Source: Squalus acanthias
Lineage: Eukaryota
Length of the DNA: 64,000 nt
NCBI GenBank assembly: GCA_030390025.1
Contig: CM059432.1
Location: 134,976,001 to 135,040,000 of the forward strand
Reading direction: 5' to 3'
Shown one piece after another: positions 48,071 to 61,450 of the stretch. The notes beneath the pieces are model-generated. The model ran no database searches, had not been told where the DNA came from, and saw nothing but the letters and a program-made list of their open reading frames with translations. Numbering within the stretch: the first letter of the stretch is position 1; the number at the start of each line of letters is the position of its first letter. The position numbers and the translations under genes were made by a program.

Positions 48071-49861
48071 ACAGAGAGAAGCATCTTTGTCTGAATTCAA
48101 AGAGAGAACTACAGACTGCACTATTATAGATGAACGTGCTCTACTACATGGCAAATGTTAGTGTTAAATGGTGACATTCAACATTTTGGAGGTCTGGTCC
48201 ATATATCAACATTTGCTGATAAACATCAGTGTGGATTGGACCTATCTCCGCTCCCAAGTCCTGTTGCTATTGGAATTGATTCTGGCTATTGCAGGAAAGC
48301 TCCCAATTCCCGCCTATTGTATGTAATCCCTGGAATTACTTCCATTAGCAGCAAGACTCCAATAAGAGCAGCAGTGAGGGAAGAGGAACAGACAAATGAC
48401 AATGAAGGGGAATGGAAGGGAGAAATAGATGGAAGTGTCGGGGAGAGGGAAGAGGTAAAATGAATGACAGCGAAGGGGAGTGGGAATAGATGAAATGCAT
48501 GATAACAAATGGAAGCGGAAGGGGGAAATGGATGGCAGGGGGGTGGTGGGCAGCTGGGTGAGCAAGAGTGATTGTTGAAGTAACATTTGGGGAAGTGCTA
48601 GTCTGGTTGATCTGTTGAAAGTGCAAAGGTAACTTTGTTTTACTCTTTGTATCAGTTGTGAAGTAGGAAAGTACATTACTTTTAAAATAAAATGCAATAT
48701 TTTCATGGGGAACATGCTCCTGAACCCCCTTAGAAATGCACCACCAGTGGTGTGCCATCAACATTTATATTCATCCCTTCAAGCTATTGCATATTTTTTC
48801 TCCGTTATTATTTCCGTTTTCTCATTCAGTTTTTCCACTGGCATAAAACAATAGTAAAGGAATGTTGAGTATACCTAGTTACAAAGTCCCTCGAACTACT
48901 TATTTTCATGTTATACACATATATTGAAGACTGTCTCGAGTTGGCGGCTTTTGGAGCCCTGCATCAGCTCTTTTCATCAGCATTTACTGGTTTTCTAGGT
49001 TGGCATGTATTCTATTATCAATTCCTAGGCACAGGAGTGCCAGTTTGGTGATATCTAATCCTGTTGCCCAGTAGTTTTTGTCACATTTTGTTTGATTACG
49101 CTCCTGTGAAGTGCCTTGGGACGTTTTATCTGTTAAAGGTGCTGGATAAATGCAAGTTGTTGTTGTTGTTTACTTAGCGGCACCTAGTTCTTTTAGATCA
49201 TCATGTGTTTCAAGAATAATCCTGTTTGTGTTATTGCATCTCTAAATGTTAGAATAAAGGTGTTAATCCAGGAAAGTGTTCACTGTCTACAACTTACACA
49301 TAAATAGGGCCATTGAGATTGTAAGACTAGCTGTCAATCACAGGTGATAATTGTGCATTAATGACATTATTACTTCACATGGTTGTGAATTTTCCCCATC
49401 ACTTTTCTTTGATTGTCTTCTCCTCTTATATAGGCAGTGAATCTTGGGTATAAATCCATGGACACCAGTGGCTCGGATGCCTCATCCGAGTGGCCTCCAA
49501 GTGGAAGCCTAAACAGTGAGTGCCAGCAGAGCATTCAAATGTGGGGCGGGGGGTACGGAGGAGGAAATTATAGGCCTATATTTGCTTTTGTGCACAGAAT
49601 TATTAAAATGTCACAGAAAAATGGTAGTTATCAATTAGTGTGATAAGTAACCGTACTTATAGAATTAGGAAGCACAGCATTTTTGGAAAGAGGTAAAGGC
49701 CATATGCAAAACAAGCCCAACCCGTTTTGTTTGATCTCAATCTCATCTTCCCATCTTCTCATCATATCCCTCAATCCCTTTTTTCTCCAGAAACACATAT
49801 TGTTTTCTCTTGAAACCACTATAGAATTACTCCAATGTGCTTTCCTGCTAACTTATTCCAG

Positions 49862-50705
49862 AGGGGTGATTTTGCCAATGGGGGCGTGTTGGAGGCGGGA
49901 CTGCTGCTTGTCGGGTCGTTGTGCCGCCTCCATTGATTTGTGGCCAAACCACGCTATTTTCCCTTGATTGACCATGTTAAGCCCGCCCAGTGGGCTTAGC
50001 AGGCCAATTAAGGGAAAGCCGGTTGCAGAGAACGTCAATGTATGATGTTTCATCTGTCAAAAATTTTTGACAGCGGAATTGTCATCGTTTGACAGTTCTG
50101 TGAAACTGTCAAACACTGACATTCTCTGCAGTTTGAGGAGGTCTTACATACAAGACCTCATCAACCTTCTTTCTTTTACAGAATTGAGATGGTTGTTGCA
50201 TATGAGAATGCAACGGCCACCTGTCATTCCCAACGTGGAGGTCCGAGACTCTCTCCATACAAACCAACTGAAGCCTGCAGGAAGAAACAAAGTTAAGTAC
50301 ACTTTTATTAACACTTTGCACTTACCTCAGATACTCACCTCTACACTCTTGCACCCATCACTTACCTTCACACCACATTTTTGCAGCCCTCTGACCCCCG
50401 CAGACCCAGTACTCGCCTCGCTGACCTGGGGGGTTTTGGAGCCTTCGGGAAGCCCGCACTTGTGAGGGCAAAAATGGGTAATCCTATTTTCTGCCTGTTA
50501 ACTACCTGTTAACAGGCAGTTAATAGGCTTTAATCCCTTCCCGCCTCCAAGGAGACGGGACCCAGCGCGGGACGGCTACCCGCCTCCTGGGAAGATGGCA
50601 TGGAGGCGGGTTGGGGGCCGGTTGGGCACCCGCCCCCAAATTCTGCCATTTTCCCGGCAGTCCCGCCTCCATACCCGCCTCCCCAGGACTGGCAAAATCG
50701 CCCGC
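49862..50705. mobile_element. PIF/Harbinger-type MITE family C, copy 2
   Basis: Colinear with 29088-29923, with TIR (A)GGGGTGATTTTGCCA / TGGCAAAATCGCCC. Confidence 0.85.
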
Positions 50706-51310
50706 CATATGTCTATCACCCTGAGTGTGAAACAGTTCATAGCAAAGATTTGAGCTAAAAAGATTTTCAACACTAAAAAGTGCAGCCTTTAACTATCAGG
50801 AAAAAGCACCTTTCACTTATTCAGCAAATCTGGGAACTTGTGTCCTTTACTGTAAAGTGGAAAGGAGTGATTTGCACTGACACCCACCCATTTAATGATA
50901 GAACGTGCTCATAATTATTTCTGTTTTCTCATTCAGTTTTTCCACTGGCATAAAACAAATAGCAAAGCAAAAAGCTGCACAGCTGACATTAGCCATTATC
51001 TACCTGTAAAAATATCCCCACAAGCTAACCCTGTTCTCGATATCACAAGGGGAAGTGGTTGAATGTTACCTGCTGGCAAATTGCTGTGTTAAGCCTCTGG
51101 ATACAGTTTTAAAAAAGTGCAGAGGGGAAGAGATGGTATCTAACAAACACTAAAAGGTCAGAATATAGCTAATCAGAAGCCTGAAATATTCAAATTCAAC
51201 TGCACTCGAAGCTCTAGTCCCACAGCTGAACCGACACTACACAGTGAGTAAAGGCACTTCCCAGTGTAGTGCTGACCATACAGGACAGTAACGTACCAGG
51301 TTGGATCTCT

Positions 51311-51498
51311 GGGCCTGGAAATTTGTCTTGGGCAGTAGCGCAGGACGGGCGGTATCGGATCGGCCGCCCGTTTTACGCTGCGCCTGATATTCAGTCCCGT
51401 TGCAGTCAATGGAACTGAATATCAGCCGCTGTGTATAACGGGCGGCCGATTCGATACCGCCCCTTTTGCACCATCGCCCGAGTCGAATTTCTAGGTCC
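51311..51498. mobile_element. Small MITE family D, copy 1
   Basis: TIR GGGCCTGGAAATTTGTCTTGGGC / GCCCGAGTCGAATTTCTAGGTCC and internal fold-back arms. Confidence 0.8.
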
Positions 51499-51904
51499 GA
51501 GTCTTTACTGAGTTGGCTGATCTCCAAGGCGACACTATAATTGGCTTCCGTGCTTCTGAGGTAGCTCGGGAAGAAATCAAGCGAGACGCCTCACCGCTGA
51601 TTGATATCCACTTGCTGGAAAGTGCACCCGTGAAGCCCTTCCACAGTCAAGTAGCCGACCAACACTCACTGGCTAGCTTACACGTGCAGAGTAGCTATGT
51701 GGGTGAGGAACCGGAGGGTGCCTGGGACCCATGCTCCCACACTTCAGCACGAGTCAGCACCTTCAGGAAACATGAGTCGAAAAATTAGAAGGGGGAGTAA
51801 AAAATTTTTGAATGTCAAAACAATGACAGAGGGGAAAAAAATAGTAAAGATAGGTGAAAAGGTAATAAGTATGACTGTAAATTAAAAGTTAATCATACAT
51901 GTAA

Positions 51905-52657
51905 CTGGGGAAGGAAGGAAGAAAAGAAAGAAAGAAGGAAAGAAAGATAGAAAGGAAAGAAAGGAAAGAAGGAAAGAAGGAAAGAAAGAAAGAAGGAAAG
52001 AAAGATAGAAAGGAAAGAAAGGAAAGAAGGAAAGGAGGAAAGAAAGAAAAGGAGGAAAGAAAGAAATGAAAGAAAGAAAGAAAAGAAAGAAAGAAAAGAG
52101 GAAACAAAGAATGAAAGAAAAAAAGGAGGAAAGAAAGAAAAGAAGAAAGGAGGAAAGAAAGAAAGAGAGAAAGGAAGAAAGGAGGAAGGAAAGGAAAGAA
52201 AGAAAGAGAAAAAGAAAGAAAGGAGGAAGGAAAGGAAAGAAAGAAAGAAAGGAGGAAAGAAAGAAAGGAAGAAAGAAAGAGAGAAAGGAGGAAAGAAAGA
52301 AAGAAAGGAGGGAAGAAAGAAAGGAAGGAAGAAAGAAAGAGAGAAAGGAAGAAAGGAGGAAAGGAGGAAAGAAAGAAAAGAAGAAAGGAGGAAAGAAAGA
52401 AAGAAAGGAGGAAAGAAAGGAAAGGAGGAAAGAAAGAAAGAAAGAAAGAAAGGAGGAAGGAAAGGAAAGGAGGAAAGAAAGAAATAAAGAAAAGAGGAAC
52501 GAAAGAAAGAAAGAAAGGAGGAAAGAAAGGAAAGAAAGAAAGGAGGAAAGGAGGAAAGAAAGAAGGAAAGATAGGAGGAAAGGAGGAAAGAAAGAAAGGA
52601 GGAAAGATAGAAAGAAAGGAGGAAAGAAAGAAAGAGAGAAAGGAGGAAAGAAAGAAA
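51905..52657. repeat. Purine-rich (GAAA/GGA) simple repeat, with a second block at 52967-53160
   Basis: Almost pure A/G on the plus strand. Confidence 0.95.
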
Positions 52658-52966
52658 ACATAGAAACATAGAACATAGAATCTAGGAGCAGGAGTAGGCC
52701 ATTCGGCCCATCGAGCCTGCTCCACCATTCAATACGATCATGGCTGATCATCCAAATCCAGTACCCTGTCCCTGCTTTAATCCCCACAGTACACATATCC
52801 CACCCTACCCCCGTAACCCCACGTATTTAATTCCCCCTAACACTAAGGGTCAATTTATCATAGCCAAATCAACCTAACCCACACATTTTTGGACTGTGGG
52901 AGGAAACCGGAGCACCCGGAGGAAACCCACGCAGACACGGGGAGAATGTGCAAACTCCACACAGAC
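52658..52966 (-). mobile_element. Headless HE1 V-SINE body joined to a CR1 3' tail
   Basis: V domain at about 52790-52966. The CR1 3' UTR at 52658-52778 matches 3992-4100. Confidence 0.8.
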
Positions 52967-53283
52967 AGAAAGAAAGAGAGAAAGAGAGAAAGGAGGAAAG
53001 AAAGAAAAGAAAGAAAGAGAGAAAGAGAGAAAGGAGGAAAGGAGGAAAGAAAGGAGGAAAGGGGGAAAGAAAGAAAGGAGGAAAGGATGAAAGAAAGGAT
53101 GAAAGAAAGAAAGAAAGGAGGAAAGGAGGAAAGAAAGAAAGGAGGAAAGAAAGAAAGAAATGATGACCAGATGATTTGTTTTGAGGGATTAATATTGTCC
53201 TGGACACCGGGGATAACTCCCTTGCTCTTCTTCAAAATAGTGGCCATAGGATCTTTTATGTCCACCTGAGAGGGCAGATGGGG

Positions 53284-53314
<31 letters not shown>

Positions 53315-55613
53315 ACCTCCGATAGTGCACTGGAGTGTCAGCCTAGCTTTTTGTGTTCAAGTCTCTGGAGTGGGACTTGAACCTACAACCTTCTGACTCC
53401 GAGGCGAGAGTGCTACCCACTGAGCCACGGCTGACCCTGAAGTAATATCAATAATTCTGTCCCAGCTGAATACAGAAAAAATAAGGACCAATATTCCTCT
53501 GATTTGCAGCCACGGAATATAGGAACAGGAGGAGGCCATTCAGCCCCTCAGGCCTGTCTGCCATTCAATTAGATCATGACTGATCTGTATCTTAACTCTA
53601 TCCACCCGCCTTGGTTCTGTCACCCTTAATACCTTTGCCTAACAAAAATCTATCCAACTCAGTTTTGAAATTTTCAATTGACCCCTAGCCTCAACAGCTT
53701 TTTGGGGATCTCCACACCCCTTGTATTGGCCTTGTATTTTCTGTGTTTCCCCCGAGGGCCGGTCAAGTACTTGTGGCAGGAGCATGTGCAAACATTCAAG
53801 CGCCATGCAAGTAAGGCAGCAATGATGTTACCATGCCTCCTGCCTCATTTTCCTTGGTCTCTGGCTTGGCGGAGGCCCCAGCAAAGTAGCATCTCCAATT
53901 AGCGGGACATACACCTTGATTTTAACCTAATCCGCCCGATGGGAATGGGGCGGATGGATGCCCGTTTTACACCCTACCCAATTTTACACTCCATTGAAGG
54001 TGGGATATCCAGTACAACACCAGTTTAAAGGGCTGTTGCTGTGCCTTAAAGAGGAACTGACCAGTGTAGAACTGATCCAATAATCATGATCAAAACTTAG
54101 AAGAGGAACATTTTAAGTCAGTGTAAGTTTCCAGGATAGAAGGAGATATGATCCCTCTAGAGGGAGAGAACTGCAGATAATGCTGCAGGAGGTGCAGCAA
54201 AAAAGGATCGTCATCTTTGGATCAGAGGGGCCACTCTTCTCAGAAGACTGCAGCAAGGCATGTGCAGGAAGAGGCCAGAGCAGCAGCAGAATAATACGTT
54301 GTGCATTATATGGTACAAGACCCCTGTCATTATAAAGTAGCGCATCATCCGACCGACCAGGAGCAGTGACACAGGAGATCCGTTAATATTCACAGATATA
54401 AACAAATACAAAACATAGATCTTCAAGTAAATATTCATCCCTTGTGTCAGAGTTTTTTCAAATATAAGGACTAATAGTACAAATAATTATAAGGGCATGA
54501 AGTGATAAAGGACAAAGTTCAGTGCTCACTTTTAGATACAAGGATGAAATCTGTCAAAACAGTTAGTCAATGTAATGCTTGTAATAACTTGGAGTGGGAG
54601 CACATTTCCAACCGTACTGTCTGGTGAACTTAAGTTACATTTCGATTTTACAAAGCAAATTTACTTTGCGTTATGATTTTCTTTGAAATAGACAAGTCTA
54701 ATTGCTTCATAATACTTTCATAAGTTGATAGATATTGCAACTCGTTACCAAGTTTCCATTGTTCGCTTATTACTAAAATATTATGCTCCATATAACTACT
54801 GAAAAGGATTGAAAAGGCCTTGTAATATTTGCACTCCCTCTAAGGCAAGTATATCCTTTCCTTAGGTAAGGAGATCTAAACGGTACACAGTACTCGAGGT
54901 GTGGTCTCACCAAGGCCCTATATAATTACAGTAAGTGACTTGTGACTTAAGGATGATCAGAAATTAAACAACTACCTTGAAACAAGACCACCGCGAGATT
55001 TACAGCTATTAATACATATTAATCTAGACTTGTGCCTTGCTGGATGGACCTATTAAGTATGAGGTTTCAAGGAGACACTTCCCATTTCACAGATAACTTG
55101 AAAGTTAAGATATTGCTGGCATCCAGGGAAATAGTGTCTCCTCTTTGAATTTATGTAGGTATCTAACTCTAGGTTATTGAATCTTAGAAAGGAAGTGGTG
55201 ATTAGGCAAGCTTTTTCCTGCTATTTATTGATAACTAACAGGATTACATCCACTGTATCAGATAATAATCTGGACTATTTTGCTCCAAAATTGCTGACAA
55301 GTTCCTTTTGATTTTGAGTCATCAATGTGCCCGTTTCTATTCAACCCAAATATAAATGAAGAATTGGCTAATTGTTCCATCAATATAACAAAACCTGCTT
55401 ATAATGAACTCCACTGTAGTCAGATCTCACTTAGAATCAGTGCAAGAGATAATCACATGGCAAGCCATGCCAGTTTCTACACTTGCTTTGTGTAGCATGA
55501 TTTGCTGTCACATTAATGTACATTTGCACAAAGAGTCTTAGAGGTACAGTAGCGATAAAGCAGGTTTCAGAGGTAATCGAAGTAATAACATTTGTTGCAA
55601 CAAATAACATACC

Positions 55614-55767
55614 TGGCCTAGAAATTCGTCTCGGGCGGTCAGATCGGCCGCCCGTTATACACAGCACCTGATAGTCAGTTCCATTGCAGTCAATGGGACT
55701 GAACATCAGGCGCTGTGAATAACGGGCAGCCGTTTTGCGCTTCAGCCCGAGACGAATTTCTAGGCCA
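55614..55767. mobile_element. Small MITE family D, copy 2
   Basis: Perfect TIR TGGCCTAGAAATTCGTCTCGGGC / GCCCGAGACGAATTTCTAGGCCA. The interior ccattgcagtcaatgg is shared with copy 1. Confidence 0.85.
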
Positions 55768-55792
55768 CCTTGTTTATAATGAACAAGTCTAA

Positions 55793-56104
55793 GGGAGAAA
55801 AATGGAGTCGTGCCCCCTTCGGGGTGCCAACTTCGCCGGGGCGCTACTTTTAGCGCCCCGAAAAAATTAGCGCCCCCGCAGCCGAAATTCACCGGTAGCG
55901 CCCCCAAGAGGGAGGCAGGGTGCTACTGGAAGCGCCCCGCCTCCCTCTTGGGGCGCTGTGAATGAATATCGCGGCGCTACGTGCCGGGGCGCTGCGCACG
56001 GCGACGACGTCATCGCCGGCGGCGCAGCGTCGCAGGGCGCTAACGGTTACCGCCGCCGCCGCGGGGCGCTAACGGGAAGCGCAAAGCAACCGAATTTTTA
56101 GGCC
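55793..56104. mobile_element. GC/CpG-rich MITE-like element with AGCGCCCC/GGGGCGCT repeats
   Basis: Degenerate ends (GGGAGAAAAAT / AATTTTTAGGCC) and about 10 copies of the GCGCC motif, as in family A. Confidence 0.6.
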
Positions 56105-57284
56105 AAAGTTCCTAACTCGCCTGCCATTTAACTGAACAGAGTTGTACTGTATAGTGAAATTATCACCCATTTAAAGTGATACTCTAAACCACAGTAGTCG
56201 ACTGGTAAATTTAAAGGAGCAGTACAGTGCACCTGACTATTTACTGCTCCCAGTCATAAAATACCTGAACTTTAAGCCATGTACCGATTGAATCATTTTA
56301 CACTTTTTATTCAATTCAATCACATTCTTAATCATTTTTGCAAAATGTCAAGGCCATTCCAGATCAGGCTGAGAAAGACTGCAGCACATTTTTTGAATTA
56401 GAACATCTTTGAATGAGGATCGAGAGTGCAGCAAATTCAAGCCAACCTGGTTGCTGTAATTGAATCTGAATTTGCAGCTTTCATCAACTTGTCAGTCACA
56501 CCTCGACAACTAAGATTTCACTATAAAAGTGCGCACTGTGTACAAAATGAAACTAAAACGAACAAGGCGGCATATTTACAACCAGAATTTCATCATGCTG
56601 AATTATACAAAATTTTAAAATGTATATAAAACTAGAACACTCCAGTTTTATAGTGTAACACTAGGGGGCATAAAACCCTTACAAGGTTACTTTCACTATG
56701 CATGTATTTTTCTTACAGCAGATTTTCGGAAATCTCTCCCCACTGCCAAGGCACCCTCCCTTATTTAGTGATTTAGCAGCCTTACTCTGATCCGATCATC
56801 TCGCACAGCTCAATCAAATAGATTCCTGAGATAGTGCAAGTTGTTTTATGTGACTTAAAGAGACAAAGGGTTAGGGGTTCAATTCTTCTTAAATTCCTTT
56901 CCTATTACATACAAAGCCTCTGGTCTCTGAACAGATGCTTTACACTCACACAGTGCACGGCTACCAGTTTTCATTGTCAAAATCAATGTGCTGTTACGAG
57001 AAATCATTGCAGTTTCTAATTCAATAAACTGTGAAATGTAAAAAAAAGTCTTAAATAACAAATAGAGGGCAGATGGTCCACTGAAAAATGAACCTCGGAG
57101 CAACTTCAGGCTGCATAACCCTCTAGCCTAATGACATGCTGTGGTTTATGTTTATATGACGTCTTACAGTTTGTTTATCCAATTTCTATCACCTTTCTTT
57201 TTAAAAGTGGGACTGATCCACCAGCTTGTTGGAGAAATAAACCACTGTAAATATACTGTCATTGAAATCATAAATATATGGTAC

Positions 57285-57822
57285 AGAACACACTTAGAGT
57301 ACTGTGCACAGTTCTGGGCTCCATAAAAAGGATATAGAGGCACTGGAGAAGGTGCAAAAAAGATTTACAAGGACGATACCAGAACTGAGAGGTTATACCG
57401 ATCAGAAAAGATTGAACAGGCTGGGGCTCCCTTCTCTAGAAAAGAGAAGGCTGAGGGGTGACCTAATAGAGGTCTTTAAGATTATGAAAGTGTTTGATAG
57501 GGTAGACATAAAGAAGATGTTTCCACTTGTGGGGGAGAGCAGAACTCGGGGCCAGAAATATAAGATAGTCACTAATAAATCCAATCGGGAATTCAGGAGA
57601 AACCGCTTTACCCAGAGAGTGGTTAGAATGTGGAACTCGTTACCACAGGGAGTAGTTGAGGTTAATAGCAGAGATGCATTTAAAGGGAAGCTAAACACAT
57701 GCGGGAGAGTGGAATAGAAGGTTATGCTGATTAAGTTGAGATGAAGAGGGCTGGAAGGAGGCTCATGTGGAACGTAAACTTGTTGGGCCGAATGGCCTGT
57801 TTCTGTGCCATACGTTCTACGT
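57285..57822 (+). mobile_element. CR1 3' fragment
   Basis: HLEYCAQFWAP, LEKVQKRFTR and RMWNSLPQ peptides plus the 3' UTR. Confidence 0.88.
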
Positions 57823-59910
57823 AATGGTACAAATTTAGTATTAAGCAACAAAAATCACTTTCCATTCAGTGCACCATTTTATATGCTTTTTAAACATAAT
57901 GTACTAATTATGGTGACAATATATTTCAACTTTTATAGTTCACCCAGACTTTAAAGATATTGGTCACCTTCAGTAACCGCCCCCCCCGCACCCGCCCATG
58001 CCATGCTTCAGATTAGCTGCTGAACAAAATGAACAAACAAATAAGTGACGGCTGCTAATTAGCACAGCATTACAACATGAGGTCATACCAAGCTGCCTTA
58101 GTCAACAATGTCTTCTAAAAAAAAATGATTTTTAAAACTGTTTTCTTTTTGCGTCATCTTTTTTAGTCCCTTGGCTTTTTGTGTGTGAAATAAATTGCAC
58201 CAAGCACATAATTCCTCCGAGAACTTCGAAAACTAGGTTGATCAGATAGAGTAGTGCCGTGGATTAGCACACTGCCACTTCACATCTGGGACCTGGATTT
58301 TGACCCAGCCCAGAATGACGGAACAAGTCACTTTGCGGTGTTGGCTGCAAGTGCAAAATGTGCTTGGGCAATCTCAGCCCGCTCTCTGGAGGGCACCAGC
58401 CTGCAGTACAAAACTATCCATAATATGGCTGTGTTTGATGCTAACTTGGCAATCTTACTCCGATAAGCCACCAAAATGGCTGGAGCGTGAAATTGCAGCA
58501 TTGGGTACGCTCTCGCGAGGTTGGGGTTTGCGTCCACCGTTATGTTGAGGGAGTTTTACCTTAGATCTAACCTGGGAGTGCTTGTTGGTAAACCTCAGCA
58601 CTAATCTCGCAGCACTGATGCCTTCCATGTTAACAGGCAGTCAAATCATTTCCTTCGAAAAATGTAGTAGGATTAAAATAAAAAGACTCGGTCCACTCCT
58701 TCAAATCTACTCACGCTTCCATTATTCATGTTTGCTGTGATGAGCCAGTAATAACTTATAAAGTATTCTTCACAACCATACAACTGATTTTCCACAAGTT
58801 TTTATACTAATCACAAGTATACTGAAGAACATGACAGACAGCACACTAGTCCGCTTAGAAAAAGTGTAGTTCCGTGTGTGTAATAAGGACATTTGAAGCA
58901 TTTCAAAGTGTGACAGTCACACTCTCCGGACATGTATTTGAATTCTGAGGTGTCCGTTAAAGTGGTGGAGTTTGCTTAACAATAACCATTCACAAAAAAC
59001 AAAAACAAAACACAAGAACACATTGGGAACTTGGAAAACTATTTTAAGTGAAACTCGCCCTTATTTTAAGCACATTGCAGAACAGATTATCACTGAAATT
59101 CTTGGCCGAAAGGAGGATTGATTTTATCCATCACAAAACAATATACTGTACTTAGATGATGGGGGCCACGTTTAAAAGTTATCATGAAGCGAATGTCTTA
59201 ACCTTTAGAACTGAAAATAAATACTTAACACATTTAAACAAAGTGGGCTGTGTATGGTAATTCAGTGTTGCTTCAGTAGCTAAGACTACAGTGACAAAAA
59301 AGGCTTTCCATTTAACAAATGAACAGTAGATTCCAGAAAATGGAAAGCAATCAAGCAGTGATTCTTTTAACAGTAAGCAAGTACAAAATTATTAGTGTTT
59401 TATGAACCTTGAAAGTTCATGGCTACAGAATTACCAGTCCAGTAATAGTATATAAACGGAGAACACTTGTTCGTCCACTTTATCGTTCTGTTTTTTAAAA
59501 AGTGACTGTGACAAATTTTGTAAAGTCAGAGTGACTGGACCAAGCTGCCAGACAGCATAGCTTTTACTGAATTGGACAGTACCAGCCCAAGATTTTCTGG
59601 CTCTTTCAGCTCTGGTAAGAGGCCAATTACTGAACTAGAAGGTGCAAAGGGAATAGGGCAATTTACGTTTTCTCCAGTTTTTAAATTGAAGTCCCGTGGG
59701 CATTATGAGTTGGTTGAATTCTAAATTAAACACTGTAAAATGGAACTCATAGAGTGCCGTGGCTATTAAGAGAGAGAACAGGTACCTGGAAATGTTTTCT
59801 TAGGGTTTGAAATGTGCAATTGTTCCTTTGTTTTAAGAAAAAGTACAGAAAATGTAAATGACACACTGGCTTGGCGATTCCAGTGTGATCCTGACAATTT
59901 TGTCGGGATT

Positions 59911-60860
59911 GAAACATAGAAGATAGGAGCAGGAGTAGGACATTCGGCCCCTCGAGCCTGCTCCGCCATTCAATGCGATCATGGCTGATCATCCAAATTC
60001 AGTACCCTGTTCCTGCTTTCTCCCCATATCCCTTGATCCCCTTAGTCTTAAGAAATATATCTAACTCCTTCTTGAATATATTTAATGAATTGGCCTCAAC
60101 TGCCTTCTGTGGTAGAGAATTCCACAGGTTCACCACTCTCTGGGTAAAGAAATTTCTCCTCATCTCAGTCCTAAATGGCCTACCCCTTATCCTTAGATTG
60201 CGACCCCTGGTTCTGGACTCCCCCTCCATCGGGAACAGCCTTCCTGCATCTAGTCTGTCTAGTCCTGTTAGAATTTTATAAGTTTCAATGAGATCCCCTC
60301 TCATTCTTCTAAACTCCAGCGAATATAAGCCTAATCGACCCACTCTCTCTTCATACGTCATTCCTGCCATCCCAGGTATCAGTCTGGTGAATCTTCGCTG
60401 CACTCCCTCCATGGCAAGAACATCCTTCCTCAGATAAGGCGACCAAAACTGCACACAATACTCAAGGTGTGGTCTCACCAAGGCCCTGTACAACTGCAGC
60501 AAGACATCCTTGCTCCTGTACTTGAATCCTCTCGCTATGAAGGCCAACATACCATTTGCCTTCTTAACCGCCTGCTGCACCTGCATGCTTACCTTCAGCG
60601 ACTGGTGCACAAGGACACCCAGGTCTCGTTGCACTTTCCCTTTTCCCAATCTATTGCCGTTCAGATAATAATCTGCCTTCCTGTTTTTGCCACCAAAGTG
60701 GATAACCTCGCATTTATCCACATTGTACTGCATCTGCCATGCATCTGCCCAATCACCCAACCTGTCCAAATCATAATGGAGTTTCTCTGCATCCTCCTCA
60801 CAGCACACACGCCCACCCAGCTTTGTGTCGTCTGCAAACTTGGAGATATTACATCTAGTT
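59911..60860 (-). mobile_element. 5'-truncated CR1, same subfamily as 3992-8458
   Basis: ORF 59999-60808 is uninterrupted and its sequence is very similar to 3997-4947. Confidence 0.92.
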
Positions 60861-60899
60861 CATTGCTCTCGCCTTTGAACTCCGTGGGTTTGAGGGGGG

Positions 60900-61450
60900 C
60901 AGGAAGAGTGGGCCTATGGGGAGGTAAGAGTGGGAGAGGTAAGAGTGGGAGAGGGGGAGCATGGGAGAGGGGGAGCGTGGGAGAGGGGAGCGTGGGAGAG
61001 GAAGAGCTGGAGAGGTAGAGAGGGAGCATGGGAGAGGGAGCGTAGGAGAGTGGGAGAGGTGAGAGTGGAGGGGAGCATGGAAGAGGGGAAGGGGGAGGGA
61101 GAGAGGGAGAGGGAGAGAGGAAGCATGGGAGAAGCGAGAGTGCAAGAGGAGATGGGGAGCGTGGGAGAGGGAGTGTAAGAGAGTGGGAGAGGTGAGAGTG
61201 TGAGAGGGGAGGTGGAGCATGGAAGAGGGGAAGGGGAAGGGGGTGGGAGAGAGGTGAAAGTGGGAGAGGGGGAGCGTGGGAGAAGCGAGAGTGCAAGAGG
61301 AGATGGGGAGCGTGGGAGAGGGAGCGTAAGAGAGTGGGAGAGGCGAGAGGCGAGACGGAACATGGAAGAGGGGAGGGAGAGAGGGGAGAGGAGAGAGTGG
61401 GAGGGGAGGGGGAGAGAGGAGAGAGGGAGAGTGGGGAGGGGGGAAGAGGT
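60900..61450. repeat. G/A-rich minisatellite-like tract (GGGAGAGGGGGAGC[A/G]T-type units)
   Basis: Recurrent tgggagaggg(gg)agc units and strong purine skew. Confidence 0.85.

Noticed and set aside
51510..51790. Naming the ancient SINE-like relics (also about 2100-2200, 15745-15865, 28720-29080 and 58250-58460) as AmnSINE2 or LF-SINE
   Set aside because: The resemblance is from memory only and the relics are too decayed to assign without a Dfam or Repbase search.
51882..53269. Long F/L/S-rich and K/E/R-rich ORFs (up to 304 aa)
   Set aside because: They are translations of a stop-free (GAAA/GGA)n simple repeat and show no domain.
55611..55770. 4-bp ACCT TSD for MITE family D
   Set aside because: It overlaps the T/A that extends the TIR and is not reproduced at copy 1, so the TSD length is unresolved.
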